From positions 30,504,001-30,568,000 of the forward strand of contig OX597824.1 in NCBI GenBank assembly GCA_951406725.2: a DNA stretch of 64,000 bases, given 5' to 3'. The stretch comes from Octopus vulgaris (Eukaryota). Every line of letters begins with the position of its first letter. Position 1 is the first letter of the stretch. Both the position numbers and the translations under genes were made by a program. Below the pieces are notes generated by a model that did no database searches, was not told where the DNA came from, and saw only the letters and a list, made by a program, of their open reading frames with translations. Positions 12,100 to 23,137 of this stretch are shown here, in pieces.

Positions 12100-13560
12100 T
12101 CTTGCCTCTCACAATATAGAAACATTTCTCATGTCAACAGCAGATAAAATGGAAAAGGTGTTGTCCCAGAGGATAGCAAGGGAGATGTACTGGAACAGCC
12201 ACTCTGACCCACAGAGCTCACACTTGCGGACAGCAATCTCTGCCCCAATGGTTGTGAGTAGGGATGTGGTCTGGGGGCCAAGAACCCTGGAGATCTCAAC
12301 TGTCACAGGCTCAACCATAAACCTGTCAGAGAGCAACTGATACCATGACAGTTTGTTTTTCTCAGCTGATGAGCAGCAGCACCTGGGCTAGTAGCTAACA
12401 CCAAGTTGCCACTGGAGAAGGTGTCACACAGCATGTGGCATCCCAGATGAAGGGCCTACCACCACAGGAAGGGAAATTGTCATACCATCCTGCCTTTTAC
12501 CATCCCTTTGGTCTAGTCCCACTGGATCAAGCTGGGAAGCCTGTAGCGTCTAGGTCATGCTTTATGATTTTTTTTTAAGGTCAGCATGGCACGGAAGGTG
12601 GCCAGCACTATGATAGCATGGACAGTGAGTGGAGGCCAAAAGAATCCACAGTGGATCCACAGCAACATTCATGGAGACCAAGCCTCAAGGAAATGCCAAT
12701 GTCCAACCAGTTGCCATCAAGCTAAGTGCCAGTTGTGAATGATGATACTGTATTGAGCCAAGTTCTACTGTGAAGCTTGGAGGCTGAGCAGAAACATGCC
12801 AGATGGTGCTGGTCAAGTCAGCACACTAACTTGTTTGTGGTCATACTACACTGGAGGGCATCCCATTTCTTTTGAGTGCCAGTGGCACATAAAAAGCACC
12901 ATCCGACCGTGGCCGTTTGCCAGCCTCGTCTGGCACCTGTGCCGGTGGCACGTAAAAAGCACCCACTACACTCATGGAGTGGTTGGCGTTAGGAAGGGCA
13001 TCCAGCCGTAGAAACATTGCCAGATCAGACTGGGCCTGGTGCAGCCTTCTGGCTTCCCAGACCCCAGTTGCACCGTCCAACCCATGCCAGCATGGAAAGT
13101 GGACGCTAAATGATGATGATGATGATGAAGACCAGATATCCATAGAGGGGAAAAGAGAATGGACATCAGCAGGGCGTAGGCCAAGCTGGCTCCATGTCGT
13201 GTAGGCTGCTTTGTGTTACTTAATCACAGATGGTTCAGTTATGTTGTGAAGAACCTTGTTAATGAGGACACAGCAAGAGCTCACCGATAAGAGAAAAGCC
13301 AGCAGGGCCAGTAAGACTGGATATCAAAGGCTGAGGTCACCATATTTGGTGGGTAAGATGGCCTGTTTCCATCCAGCGAACCAAACATTGCATATCTCTT
13401 CAGCAGCCCACTGAATACAGGTATCAAGACCTATGAGGAGAGATAGATGGCTGTAGCAAGAAGCACTGCAGCAGGTATACAATAGTTTTAGCATGGCGAA
13501 GTAGTTCCTTAACAAGAATAGTGCTAGGTGGGCGTCAGCTGCTTTCAGTCTGTCCATCTG
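12100..13560 (-). mobile_element. CRE-clade non-LTR retrotransposon relic (post-RT region, CCHC finger, restriction-like endonuclease)
   Basis: Minus-strand motifs in the expected order across frameshifts: DAHLALFLLRNYFAMLKLLY; WKQAILPTKYGDL; QKKWD; HECCCGSTVDSFGLHSLS; DPVGLDQRDGKRQDGMTI; PFIWDATC; PVTVEISRVLG…WLFQYISLAILWDN. Confidence 0.85.
12876..13128 (+). mobile_element. Young RTE 3'-end insertion nested in the CRE relic
   Basis: CpG-retaining copy ending GGAAAGTGGACGCTAAA(TGA)6. Removing it restores the CRE frame ISGLQKKWDA. Confidence 0.9.
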
Positions 13561-14581
13561 AAGTTAGATGCTATACTACAGTTGCGGTTGAAGTCCTGTT
13601 GGAGACAATCCCAATTCTATGCTCTAGAGAACCTAGTTAAAAATTGGTCAAAACCCAATTCATATTTGAAAGCAAATATTAAAACCACTTATTCTGAAAA
13701 ATCATACAAATATCTCAATTGTAGAGAAATCCAAACCATACTAGTATAGAATATCTGGTTATAAAATGTTTTTAAATCATTTAAATAAGCTATCATTGTT
13801 GACAACATCTGAGCAAATTTGAACTAGTTGAAATACTGAATTTGAATCAAATATTACTACATTATAAGCTATTCATAATTTTTGTAGAATGTTAATTTTA
13901 GCATCATTAACAACTAAGCTAAATGCTAACTTTTATTTTAAAATCTCATTGTTTGAATAAATTCTTTTACATTCGAAGTAGTTTGTAATGAAAATTATCC
14001 CATCAACTGCTGTGGTCTATGTACTTTATATATACATATAGATTCCCATCTCCTTTAACTTGCTAGTAACAGTAGCTATCATAGTATTTACAAGAATCAT
14101 CATGTCAATGATCTTACATAGTCAATATTGTATATACAGTACAAGCATCTAGAGAGAAAAGTTAGGCATAAGAGGAATCAGATGTGGTGTGCAAGAGAGA
14201 CAGCACTAGTATGGTCATGAGTAAAGAAATACTGGAAAAAACCTATGGTAGAGGTGGACCTAAGAAGACATGGGAAGAGGTGGTGAAGCATGATCTTTGA
14301 GCTTCACAAAAGCAATGACTGGTACATTATTTACATTAGACAGGTATGTGTTCTTATCTTGTTTGTTGTTACCACGCTCCAGCTGATTTGCTCCCCAGCC
14401 TTCATCAGGTGTCCAATTAGGATTTTGAACCCAATCCTGGGTTCTCATTCCTAAGGTATTTTTTTGCTGATGCTATTATTATTATTATCGTTATTATTAT
14501 TGTTATCATCATTATTATTATCATTATCGTTATTATTATTGTTATCATCATTATTATTATTATCATTATTATTATAATTTA

Positions 14582-14651
14582 TACTGCCTGGAATTGAACT
14601 TGCAATCTTGGGGTTAGTAGCCTGTGCTCTTAACCATCATGCTATATGCCC
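14582..14651 (-). pseudogene. tRNA-derived Pol III head inside the Penelope-like element (not a functional tRNA)
   Basis: GGGCATATAGCATGATGGTTAAGAGCACAGGCTACTAACCCCAAGATTGCAAGTTCAATTCCAGGCAGTA: A-box TAGCATGATGG, B-box GTTCAATTCC, anticodon-like loop CT-ACT-AA. Confidence 0.7.
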
Positions 14652-14712
14652 ATGGGCAATTATAGAGTGAATTTTAGGAATGGAACCCAGGATTGGGTTC
14701 AAAATCCTACCA

Positions 14713-14760
14713 GGATACCTGATGAAGGCTGGAGAGCAAATCAGCCGAAATGTTGTGGTA
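14713..14760 (+). ncRNA. Hammerhead ribozyme motif (decayed copy)
   Basis: CTGATGA(14719-14725)-A-GGCTG..CAGCC-GAAA(14747-14750)-TGTT-GTGGT; stem III ATGT is consistent with CpG decay of ACGT. Confidence 0.6.
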
Positions 14761-15619
14761 ACAACAAACAAGATGAGGACACATATCTGTCTAATGTAAA
14801 TAATGTACAGAATTCCTCATCTCAAAAAGATAGAACAGCAATGACTGATGACCAAAACCTTTGGCAATGTGCTGTGCTTGAGAGGACCTGTCAAGCTAAG
14901 TGCACCTGTGCTGATGGCACATAAAGAACATCTTTTGAACATTGGTCATCACGGAGGCAAAATGGCTGAGTTTCTTTCAAGTGTTGGGCCTGACGGAGGC
15001 AAAGTGGCTGAGTTCCTTTCGAGTGTTGGGTGTTATGGAGGCAATGACCAAGACCTTTGGCATTATGTCCTGCTTGAGAAGACCTATCAAGCCAAGCAAA
15101 ATCGCAGTTATGGCAGATACTGGTGTCATGCAAAGTGGCACTTGTGCTGGTAGCATGTAAATGCACCCTGGTGTCATGCCAGTGGCACGTAAAAGCACCC
15201 ACGACACACTCAGAGTGGTTGGCATTAGGAAGAGCATCCTGCTGTAGAAAACCATGCCAAATCAGACTGAAGTCTGGTGCAGCCTTCCAGCATGCCAGCC
15301 CATGCAGCATGGACAATGGATGTATGATGATGATATATATACTTGCATATCCTAACACTCTTTATACTCATCTGCTACCCTCCATATGCATCATGTCTGT
15401 ATGAATGCAGTCTGGTTATGTTAAACTACTCTCAAATATGAAATAAGATTTGGATCAATTTCAACTAGGCAGACTGGAGTAATTTGGAATTGCCTCTGGT
15501 CGAACTTCATCATGCAACTCTCCAATATTCCCACTTTTACATTCCAATCTGTTTCTTCTTTCTGTCCCAGATGCCACTTACAGGATCCTGTAGCTGTAAT
15601 TTTTATGTTGTATGCTTGG

Positions 15620-16185
15620 ATTGAAAGCCTTCACAGCAGTAGACACAAACAAGGTGGGAAAAGTTCAGAGAGCTTACTACTCCTGCTGGCAACAAAGGGA
15701 TTCTCTCTCTTCAAGTGACACGCAGACAGTATGTTACATTCAGATGAAATGCATTGCAACACGATAATGAGGAGGTGGGCACTAATTGTAAAAGATGTGT
15801 GAAGGTTGAAGAGAAATGAAGCAAACATTCTCTGCTGGATGTACAAAATTTGTGTGAATGAATGACAAGGTAAGGATGAACTGAAAGATACACTAAATAC
15901 AAAAGGAATCAGTTGTAGTATGCAAGAAGACGCATTGGTACAGGCAAGCAATGCATATGGAGGATAAAAGATGGATAAAGAAGTAACAGGATATTCAAGT
16001 AGAAGGAAATTATGGAAGAGGAAGTCCAAAGAAGATATGGGCAGAAGTGAGAAAAGCTGATCCTACAATACTGAAACTCACAAATGAGATGATAAAACAA
16101 TGCGAAAAGTAGTGAAACAATGCTGAAAAGGACCTATCCAACCAATGCAAGCATGGAAAAGTGAATATAAAAGTGATGATGGTAA
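15620..16185 (+). mobile_element. Old RTE LINE 3' relic
   Basis: GGGAAAAGTTCAGAGAGCTTACTACTCCTGCTGGCAACAAAGGG (W.KFREL.LL.TKG motif) through GCATGGAAAAGTGAATATAAAAGTGATGATG. Confidence 0.75.
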
Positions 16186-17751
16186 TGATTGTTCCCTTTC
16201 TCAAAATGCTTCCAATTATTTCTATTATACTTGATAAAACAGTTCCTTTGGTGAATTTCTTTAACCTTTTCATCAGTGTATGTACACTCCTTGTATATGA
16301 ATATATGTTCTCTCTAGTTATCTAGTAAGTACATTAATGTTTATGCTTCACTGAGGATTTACTAAGGTGATCTAATGAAATTGAGACATATCCAGAGTTA
16401 ACCTCTCCTTACCTTCACTGCAATAACCTATTACCAACTTTCATTAATTGGGATTCAACTGCATCATATTTTCTTTTTTCCTTTGTCACTGTTATCTCGT
16501 TTTACATTTTAGTTTAAGCATCATTCAGTAATGTTTACCTTTCCTCAACATAGGTATAGCCTAAACTGACAAAAGTTATCACACTACTTACAATAAATAT
16601 ATAACACTTACACAATATCCTTTTACAATATCTATAGCTAAATAAGCAAATAGTTTTAATTCCAGCATTACTTATTCTATTTATTCACAAGACAAATTCA
16701 AAATTAAATAGTATATCAACTAATTTTTATCAATGTTTTTTCAATATGATCCACAATCCAAATCTATTTTAATTATTTCATATGTATTGTTTCAGCACCA
16801 ATATAGATTGAATGGTTTAATTAATCTGGATATTTGCATAAATTGTAAGAGATTGCATATTATTTAATATCTCTCACCATTAACTAAGATAAATTAGATA
16901 AATAAAGGGTTTTTTTCCATCCAGTTCAATAAATTGAACAACCTATAAATTAAATTATAGTGTAAGTGACTGAGTATTCCACAGATATTTGCACAATTAA
17001 ATTACCCTTAAATTGTACCCAGAGAACTACAAATATAGTCAGATAATCATCACCATGGTTTCCATCTACTACATTTCCATAACAAGGTTTGGGTGATAAA
17101 CTGCAGTTATGGTAGAAGGCACTTATCCAAGGTGAAGCAGCACAGTAGGATTGAAACTGTGTAATCATAATTGTGAAGCAAACTTATTAAACATTTAGCT
17201 TTGACTGCTCTGCAAGAAGACAAATACACTGCTTAAGAACAATGCAATATCAACCAATAGGAGAGCCACTATTTAGTCATTTGACCAACAGCAAATAGCC
17301 ATCAAATCTTCCTTGAATAGCATTCAACCCTCTGCTTTTGATTATGGGTTTTAATCAGTAAATTGTTTTAACACTTAATGCTTTGAATTTTCATAAACTT
17401 AGTATACACTTAAGCTCAACATTTCCATCTTAATTTATTTGTTCCTTTATTTTTTTGTTCAAGTATTTATTCCATTTTAGTGCAGATTCCACTTGTTTTT
17501 GCATTGATGTGACTGAGATATTACTCTACTCACTGCATTACTTCATTTGACATGAGAGGCATGCTGCTGTTAGCTGGGTCCTGAAAGACTTGTTGACTAT
17601 TACAAAAAGGCAAGTGATAGGAGGCTGAATTGAACTCAGAAAGCAAAGAGTCAGAATAAGCAGCACAACATCAGTGCTATTGAGCACTTTTCCTAAATTT
17701 TCTTTTTAAGAACACCATAAAGTTTAAATCTTTAAGAGACAACCTACTTAC

Positions 17752-17823
17752 CTCTACTACAGCACTTGAAAAAGCTTCTTTACATGTTTTAGTATTGTAA
17801 AAGTCCGTTTATAAGATTTATTA
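17752..17823 (-). other. Exon-like segment (72 nt) with strong splice sites but stops in all frames
   Basis: Acceptor CTCTTTTCTTTTCAG|, donor GAG|GTAAGT; best frame NKSYKRTFTILKHVKKLFQVL**. Confidence 0.35.
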
Positions 17824-19399
17824 CTGAAAAGAAAAGAGTACAACTTTTATTATGTGTTATAAAATTTAAGATATTTTAAATACAACATTCATTTAATTTT
17901 TAATTTGTTAATTAGAAAATTTCTAATTTTTAGCAGTTATCTCTCTATATCTTACACCTGTATTTTATGAAAATGAACTAAAATAGGATTGATTTCCTGT
18001 AATAGCTGCTTAATGTTAATTGTTCTTCAAACAATGTCAAGGCATGATTTTAACTGAAGACGACAAGAGCTTCTGGAACACATTTCAATTATAAAATACC
18101 CCAGCTGCTTGCAGTTGTGAACTTCTCTTTTTTGAGATACCTATTTACAACTAGATAGGTCAGATAATTGAGAGTTGATATTACCACAGGCACACAAGCT
18201 AAGAGAAGAGTTACAAACCATACTGACAAAACCAATTGCACACCCTCAGTGACTACTAACGCAAACTGAATGTATTAAACTCTCACCACAGTTTATCAGT
18301 AGTAAGTTTAATCATCTACTAAAAGCAGGTCAAATTGTCACTTTTCAAATTATATAGCTATAGTCATCAATTAACAATGACCATAATTGCTAATTATGAT
18401 AATTAGGTAAAAGACAAAAGAAAGTTTGCATACAAAAGCAAACAGAGTAATACAATAGAACAAAACATACAATATCAAGAGATTACTGGAAAACTACAAA
18501 CAGAAATCTCAAATATAAACACTAAAAAATAAAATGAAAGTTTTAGTAGCTTTTACTGTTTTTGTCTTCTATGCTATGCTCTTTATGTAACAAAATTTAG
18601 AGAGGATTTTACCTAAATATCTCATGACAAGACAGTCTGAATAGCAGAAGGAAAAATAGCAATTAGATGGACATACTGTTATTAAACTATGAAGATAACT
18701 GGAAAAAAAAAAGTGAAGCAGTATATTTGACACCTGACCAAAGCTCTGAATGTTTCAGTCAATGTAGTAACAAGCAAAGAAATAAACCAAAGTATATTGG
18801 TACAGTCTATCAAAAAATGTCCAAGTCAGTTCTAATTCTTAGCATCCTGAGTTTAAATCCCGCCTTTCAGCCTTCAATAGTCAATAAAACAAAATACCAG
18901 TCAAGTATGAGCCATCTAGTCATTTTGTTAACATAGTATTAAAATGAGAATACTATTAATTTTCTTTTTTCCAAAATATTGCTGTCTAAAGATATTTCAA
19001 GTAAGAGGCATTAATTATTTTTGACTAACCAAGACAGTTATAGGCAGAGTTTAAATTGTACTAGCATAGTAAGTTGTATCTTCAGATACAACACAGAAAC
19101 TTAGAATTTAACAGAATTACTGTGAAAGCTTGAATCATGTAAACTTGTCTCCTTTTTGCATGATATCAATTGTCTTTTATTTACCCAGGACATGGATACA
19201 AACGACAGGATGAGCTGGAAGAAATAGCTTAAATGGGTTGATGGCATGAATTTGGATAATTAAGTTCAAAAGGTGATATACTGAATGTATACACAAAAAA
19301 ATGTGTAATCAAGATTTCCCTCTCACTGAGGAAAACAATCATTTTGCCTCAGTAGAAAGAAAAAACCTGGTAGCAATTGTTAGAGATGCTTGAAGAAAA

Positions 19400-19765
19400 T
19401 CATCATCATCATCATCATTTAGCATCCGCTTTCCATGCTAAGCAATGGGTTGGACGGTTGAACTGGAGTCTGTGAAGCCAGAAGGCTGCATCAGGCCCAG
19501 TCTGATCTGGCAGTGTTTCTACGGCCGGATGCCCTTCCTAACGCCAACCACTCTGTGAGTGTAGTGGGTGCTTTTTACGTGCCACCCGCACAGATGCCAG
19601 ACGGAGCTGGCAAACGGCCACGGACGGATGGTGCTTTTTACGTGCCACTGGCATGGGGCCAGGCGAGGCTGGCAACGGCCACGAACGGATGGTGATTTTT
19701 ACGTGCCATCGGCACGAGGCCAGTCGGGGCGGCACTGGCAACGGCCACGAACGGATGGTGGTGCC
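19400..19765 (-). mobile_element. Young RTE 3' end with three ~62-bp internal tandem units
   Basis: (CAT)6 tail, CpG-rich; units begin GGTG(C/A)TTTT(T)ACGTGCCA at ~19568, 19630 and 19691. Confidence 0.9.
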
Positions 19766-20538
19766 GGACGAGTCTGGCAAAATGAGAATAATTTTAAGTA
19801 ATCAGGAATCAATATTGCAAAGTTAATTTTCATAAAGAAAGAAAATTTGATCTGCATTTGGAGACAAGAGACAACTATGAAAATGCTTTAGTCTGCAGGA
19901 TTTAATAAGCACTGTAAAGTTTAACCAAGCCTACAAAGTATGATAGCTAACTTGCATTTTTACAAACAGGAAAAGAATTACAATAATATTGAAGCCAGCA
20001 TAATTTTCATTATTAAAAAATATAAACATACCACTGGGCCAATGATATGCTATTGAGGACTTTTAGACTGAAAGACCTCCATAGTTGTTGCTTGCTTGCA
20101 AATAAAGAACAGAACTTTCCTTCTAATAAAAATACACATTAACTTTGAGAGGTAAATCCTAATTTCTTGGAATTATCTCTCCTTTTCTTTGAGTGCCTCT
20201 ACAGTTGCCACTAGGTTTAGGTTTTCTTTCTCTAGATAATTTCAATTAAGAATTTTGTTTGCTTGTATCAATCAATACATCACCTTTTAGATCAAGTACT
20301 TGTTATGGCTAATTCACATTTAATGTTAATTTTGAAATACAATCAGTTTTACATCTTACTTTGCCTACGTCTTCCAATAAACATTAACATGCAACAATTC
20401 AAATTAAACTCTACTCAACCAGTCCACACTCTAGTTTTATATCTGATTCCTTTAATGAGACATATTAGTTCAATTATTTACACAAATATAATGCAAATTA
20501 GGATTGAAGAGAACTCTTTAGGTCTTGTCAGAGCTAAC

Positions 20539-20691
20539 CTTTCTAGTACATAATAAAATGAATCTTGTCCACACTCTAAAGTAGTTTGTGATAATATTGC
20601 CATAGAACTATAAAAACACACCAAAACAGAATGAGCTGAAGAGACAGATGCAACAAGCCTCAGTACAGACAACCTATCTAGAACAGTAAAT
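20539..20691 (-). CDS. Candidate exon (153 nt, phase 2/2; alternative acceptors at 20677 and 20607)
   Basis: Acceptor TTTTTATTCAG|, open frame FTVLDRLSVLRLVASVSSAHSVLVCFYSSMAILSQTTLECGQDSFYYVLE, donor AAG|GTTAGC. Confidence 0.35.
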
Positions 20692-20884
20692 CTGAATAAA
20701 AACTGCTATTACTTCATCACTGAAATTCAGTAAAGCTGGTTGCCTTTAAGGGAGTTTTGATTTAATAAAAAGGATTTTTTTAAATGAGCTCAAGCAATTA
20801 TTTATTGCATAAATAAGTATTCATCTCTTCTCTCTCATGATGTTTTTTTTTGTTTTTTTTTTTTGTAATTAACCAACTTTTTTT

Positions 20885-21785
20885 TGTCATGGTACAAAGG
20901 GCATAATCAATTTAATCAATACCAATACTTATTTTATCAACCTTGAACCAAAGAAAGATAAAAATTTCTCTGATGGGACCTGAAATTGGAAAAACATCAT
21001 GTAACTAAATACTGAAGATATTCATTCTGATATTCTATTGATTCTGCTATTTGATATGCAAATAATAATTTATAACTTAAACTAAAAGCCACAACTTTTA
21101 GGGCACCAATCAGTTAATTATATCACACCAAGTAGTGCACCTGTACTTTTATTTTATCAATCTCAGAAGAATGAAAGGCAGAAACTTAGTTCAAATTGTA
21201 GAATTAGTGAAAGACCAATTCTCGCATCCATTGCCAACAATTGTTTCTAACATTAATAATAATTCTTTCTATTAAAGGCACAAAGCCTGAAATTTTATGT
21301 GGAGATGACTAGTCAATTACTTTGACTCCAGTACTCAACTGATACTTATTTTATTAACCTGAATTATTCTTTCCAAATTTTGGCACAAGGCCAGTAAATT
21401 AGATAGGAGGAGGCAAGTCAGTTACATTGATCTCAGTACAGGACTGGAATTTAATTTTATTGATTCCAAAAGGATGAAGGGCAGCCAACTTTGGTGGGAT
21501 TTGAACTCAGAATGTAAAGAAACAGAAGAAATACCACTAAGCATTTTGTTAGCTTGCCACCCTAATTATAATTCTTTCTAATTTTGGCACAAGGCCAGCA
21601 ATTTTCAAAAGAGAGGACAAATCGATTACACTGGCTCCATTACTTAACTGGTACTTATTTTATATTCCCAAAAGAGTGAAAAGTCAACCTCAATGGAATT
21701 TGAACTCAGAATGTAAACAGCCAGAAGAAATGTCACTAAGCATCTTCTCTGATGCACTAATGACTCTGCTAGCTCACCACCTCTT
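20885..21785 (-). mobile_element. Head-to-tail cluster of about 5 family-B SINE copies
   Basis: Repeated TTTC..ATTTTGGCACAAGGCCAG…ACTGGTACTTATTTTAT…GGAATTTGAACTCAGAATGTAAA units in the same orientation. Confidence 0.75.
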
Positions 21786-22222
21786 AATAATAATAAGAAG
21801 AAGAAGAATCTCGCCTCAAAAATAATCATCAAATCTGAAAAAACTTTAAAGAGGTATTCCAAACCATGCCTTGAACTCATCATTGACTAGATTAATGTGT
21901 ATTATTCCAACACTGAAAGTATCTATTTAAATAAAGACAACATAAATGTTATACATGATAAACAGCTTCATAAAACAACTTAAAAAAAGAAAATTATATG
22001 TGCTGAGATGAAAATCTATAAATATTGAACATCTTTTTTAAGTAATTTCATATTTTACAAATTTTAAAATAATATTTATATTGATCTCTAATGCAAAAAG
22101 TAAAGTTAGATATTCTCCACAGCTTAAATTATTGATTCTTGGGTGAGAGTGGGGGAAGAAAGGTGGGGAGAGTGCACATGCACATGTATGTGCATACATC
22201 TCATTTATGTTTGACAAATAAT

Positions 22223-22258
<36 letters not shown>

Positions 22259-22904
22259 ATAGTTAAAGCATTTTTCTTTAAACTTCGAAGAATTGCAGTT
22301 ATCTTTATTGAATTTCAAAGTGTAGAAGTGTGAAATAGTGCAACATCAAAATTACATTAATAAAAATAAAATTCCATGAAAGTTTTTTTCTATATATTTA
22401 TTTTTTTATTCAAAGATTTTTGATTATGAAAGTGTTACCTTAGAAACATCTCAATTTTGCTTTTACCTATATATGATAGAGTGTATATGAATATAGCAAT
22501 AATGCATGAATAGAGATTAGATTTGTTTTTGTTTTTTGGAGGAGGGTAATTTCATTTGTATATAAAATTGTTTGTTTTACAGTTTATATTATCGTTATTT
22601 CAATGTCTGCCTTTCCATGCTGTGAGAGACTGAGTATGCAATATTTCTCAATACAGCCTCATTTTATCCATAAGGTCAAATGTACAGATATATGTCTTAA
22701 ATATTTCTACCTACATTTTTGCTTAATCTAACTGTAGTTTATTAAGTACCAACACTACTAGTTATTTTATTATAATTTCTTTCACACACCAACATAGTCA
22801 TTCATATCTCCTTCATCCATACATTATTACCCTGTCTTAACCCATCTGTGCCTAAAGCAAATCAAAATGCCACATGTATTTTGAACCAATGACAACCTCT
22901 ACAT

Positions 22905-23137
22905 CATTGGTTCACAACCATTTTTTACCTATGGGCCTCTTTGATTCCTCTTTTTCTCTACTGGACCTTCATAGCCATTTGCTGTATATAAAAACAATCT
23001 TACTGAATTTTTATATTTAAATAATATTAAGAATTGTTTAAAAAAATTGAAATGCTTTGTGTATTATAGAAGTTTAACCTATTTATTGAACATAAATTTT
23101 AACAAAATCTTATATGGACCCCAGTTGAGAACCATTG
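22905..23137. mobile_element. hAT-type MITE
   Basis: TIRs CATTGGTTCACAAC / GTTGAGAACCATTG (CAGTGGTTCTCAAC-type); degenerate 8-bp flanks CTCTACAT / CTTTTTAT. Confidence 0.65.

Larger units (their letters stand above)
14322..14836. mobile_element. Second Penelope-like inverted-pair insertion (tRNA-like head + (AAT)n + hammerhead tail)
   Basis: Perfect 11-bp TSD AGCAATGACTG (14311-14321, 14837-14847). Minus arm 14322-~14670, plus arm ~14672-14836. Homologous to 5644-6051. Confidence 0.85.
14120..15335 (+). mobile_element. RTE LINE 3' end interrupted by the Penelope-like insertion
   Basis: GRGGPKKTWEEVVKHDL … AMTDDQNLWQCAVLERTCQAK, ~42-bp internal repeats at 14950-15045, and a terminal GGATGTATGATGATG. 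Confidence 0.85.

Noticed and set aside
22882-22914. 11-bp inverted repeat TGAACCAATGA/TCATTGGTTCA at the MITE left end
   Set aside because: Short and overlaps the TIR; no evidence of independent function.
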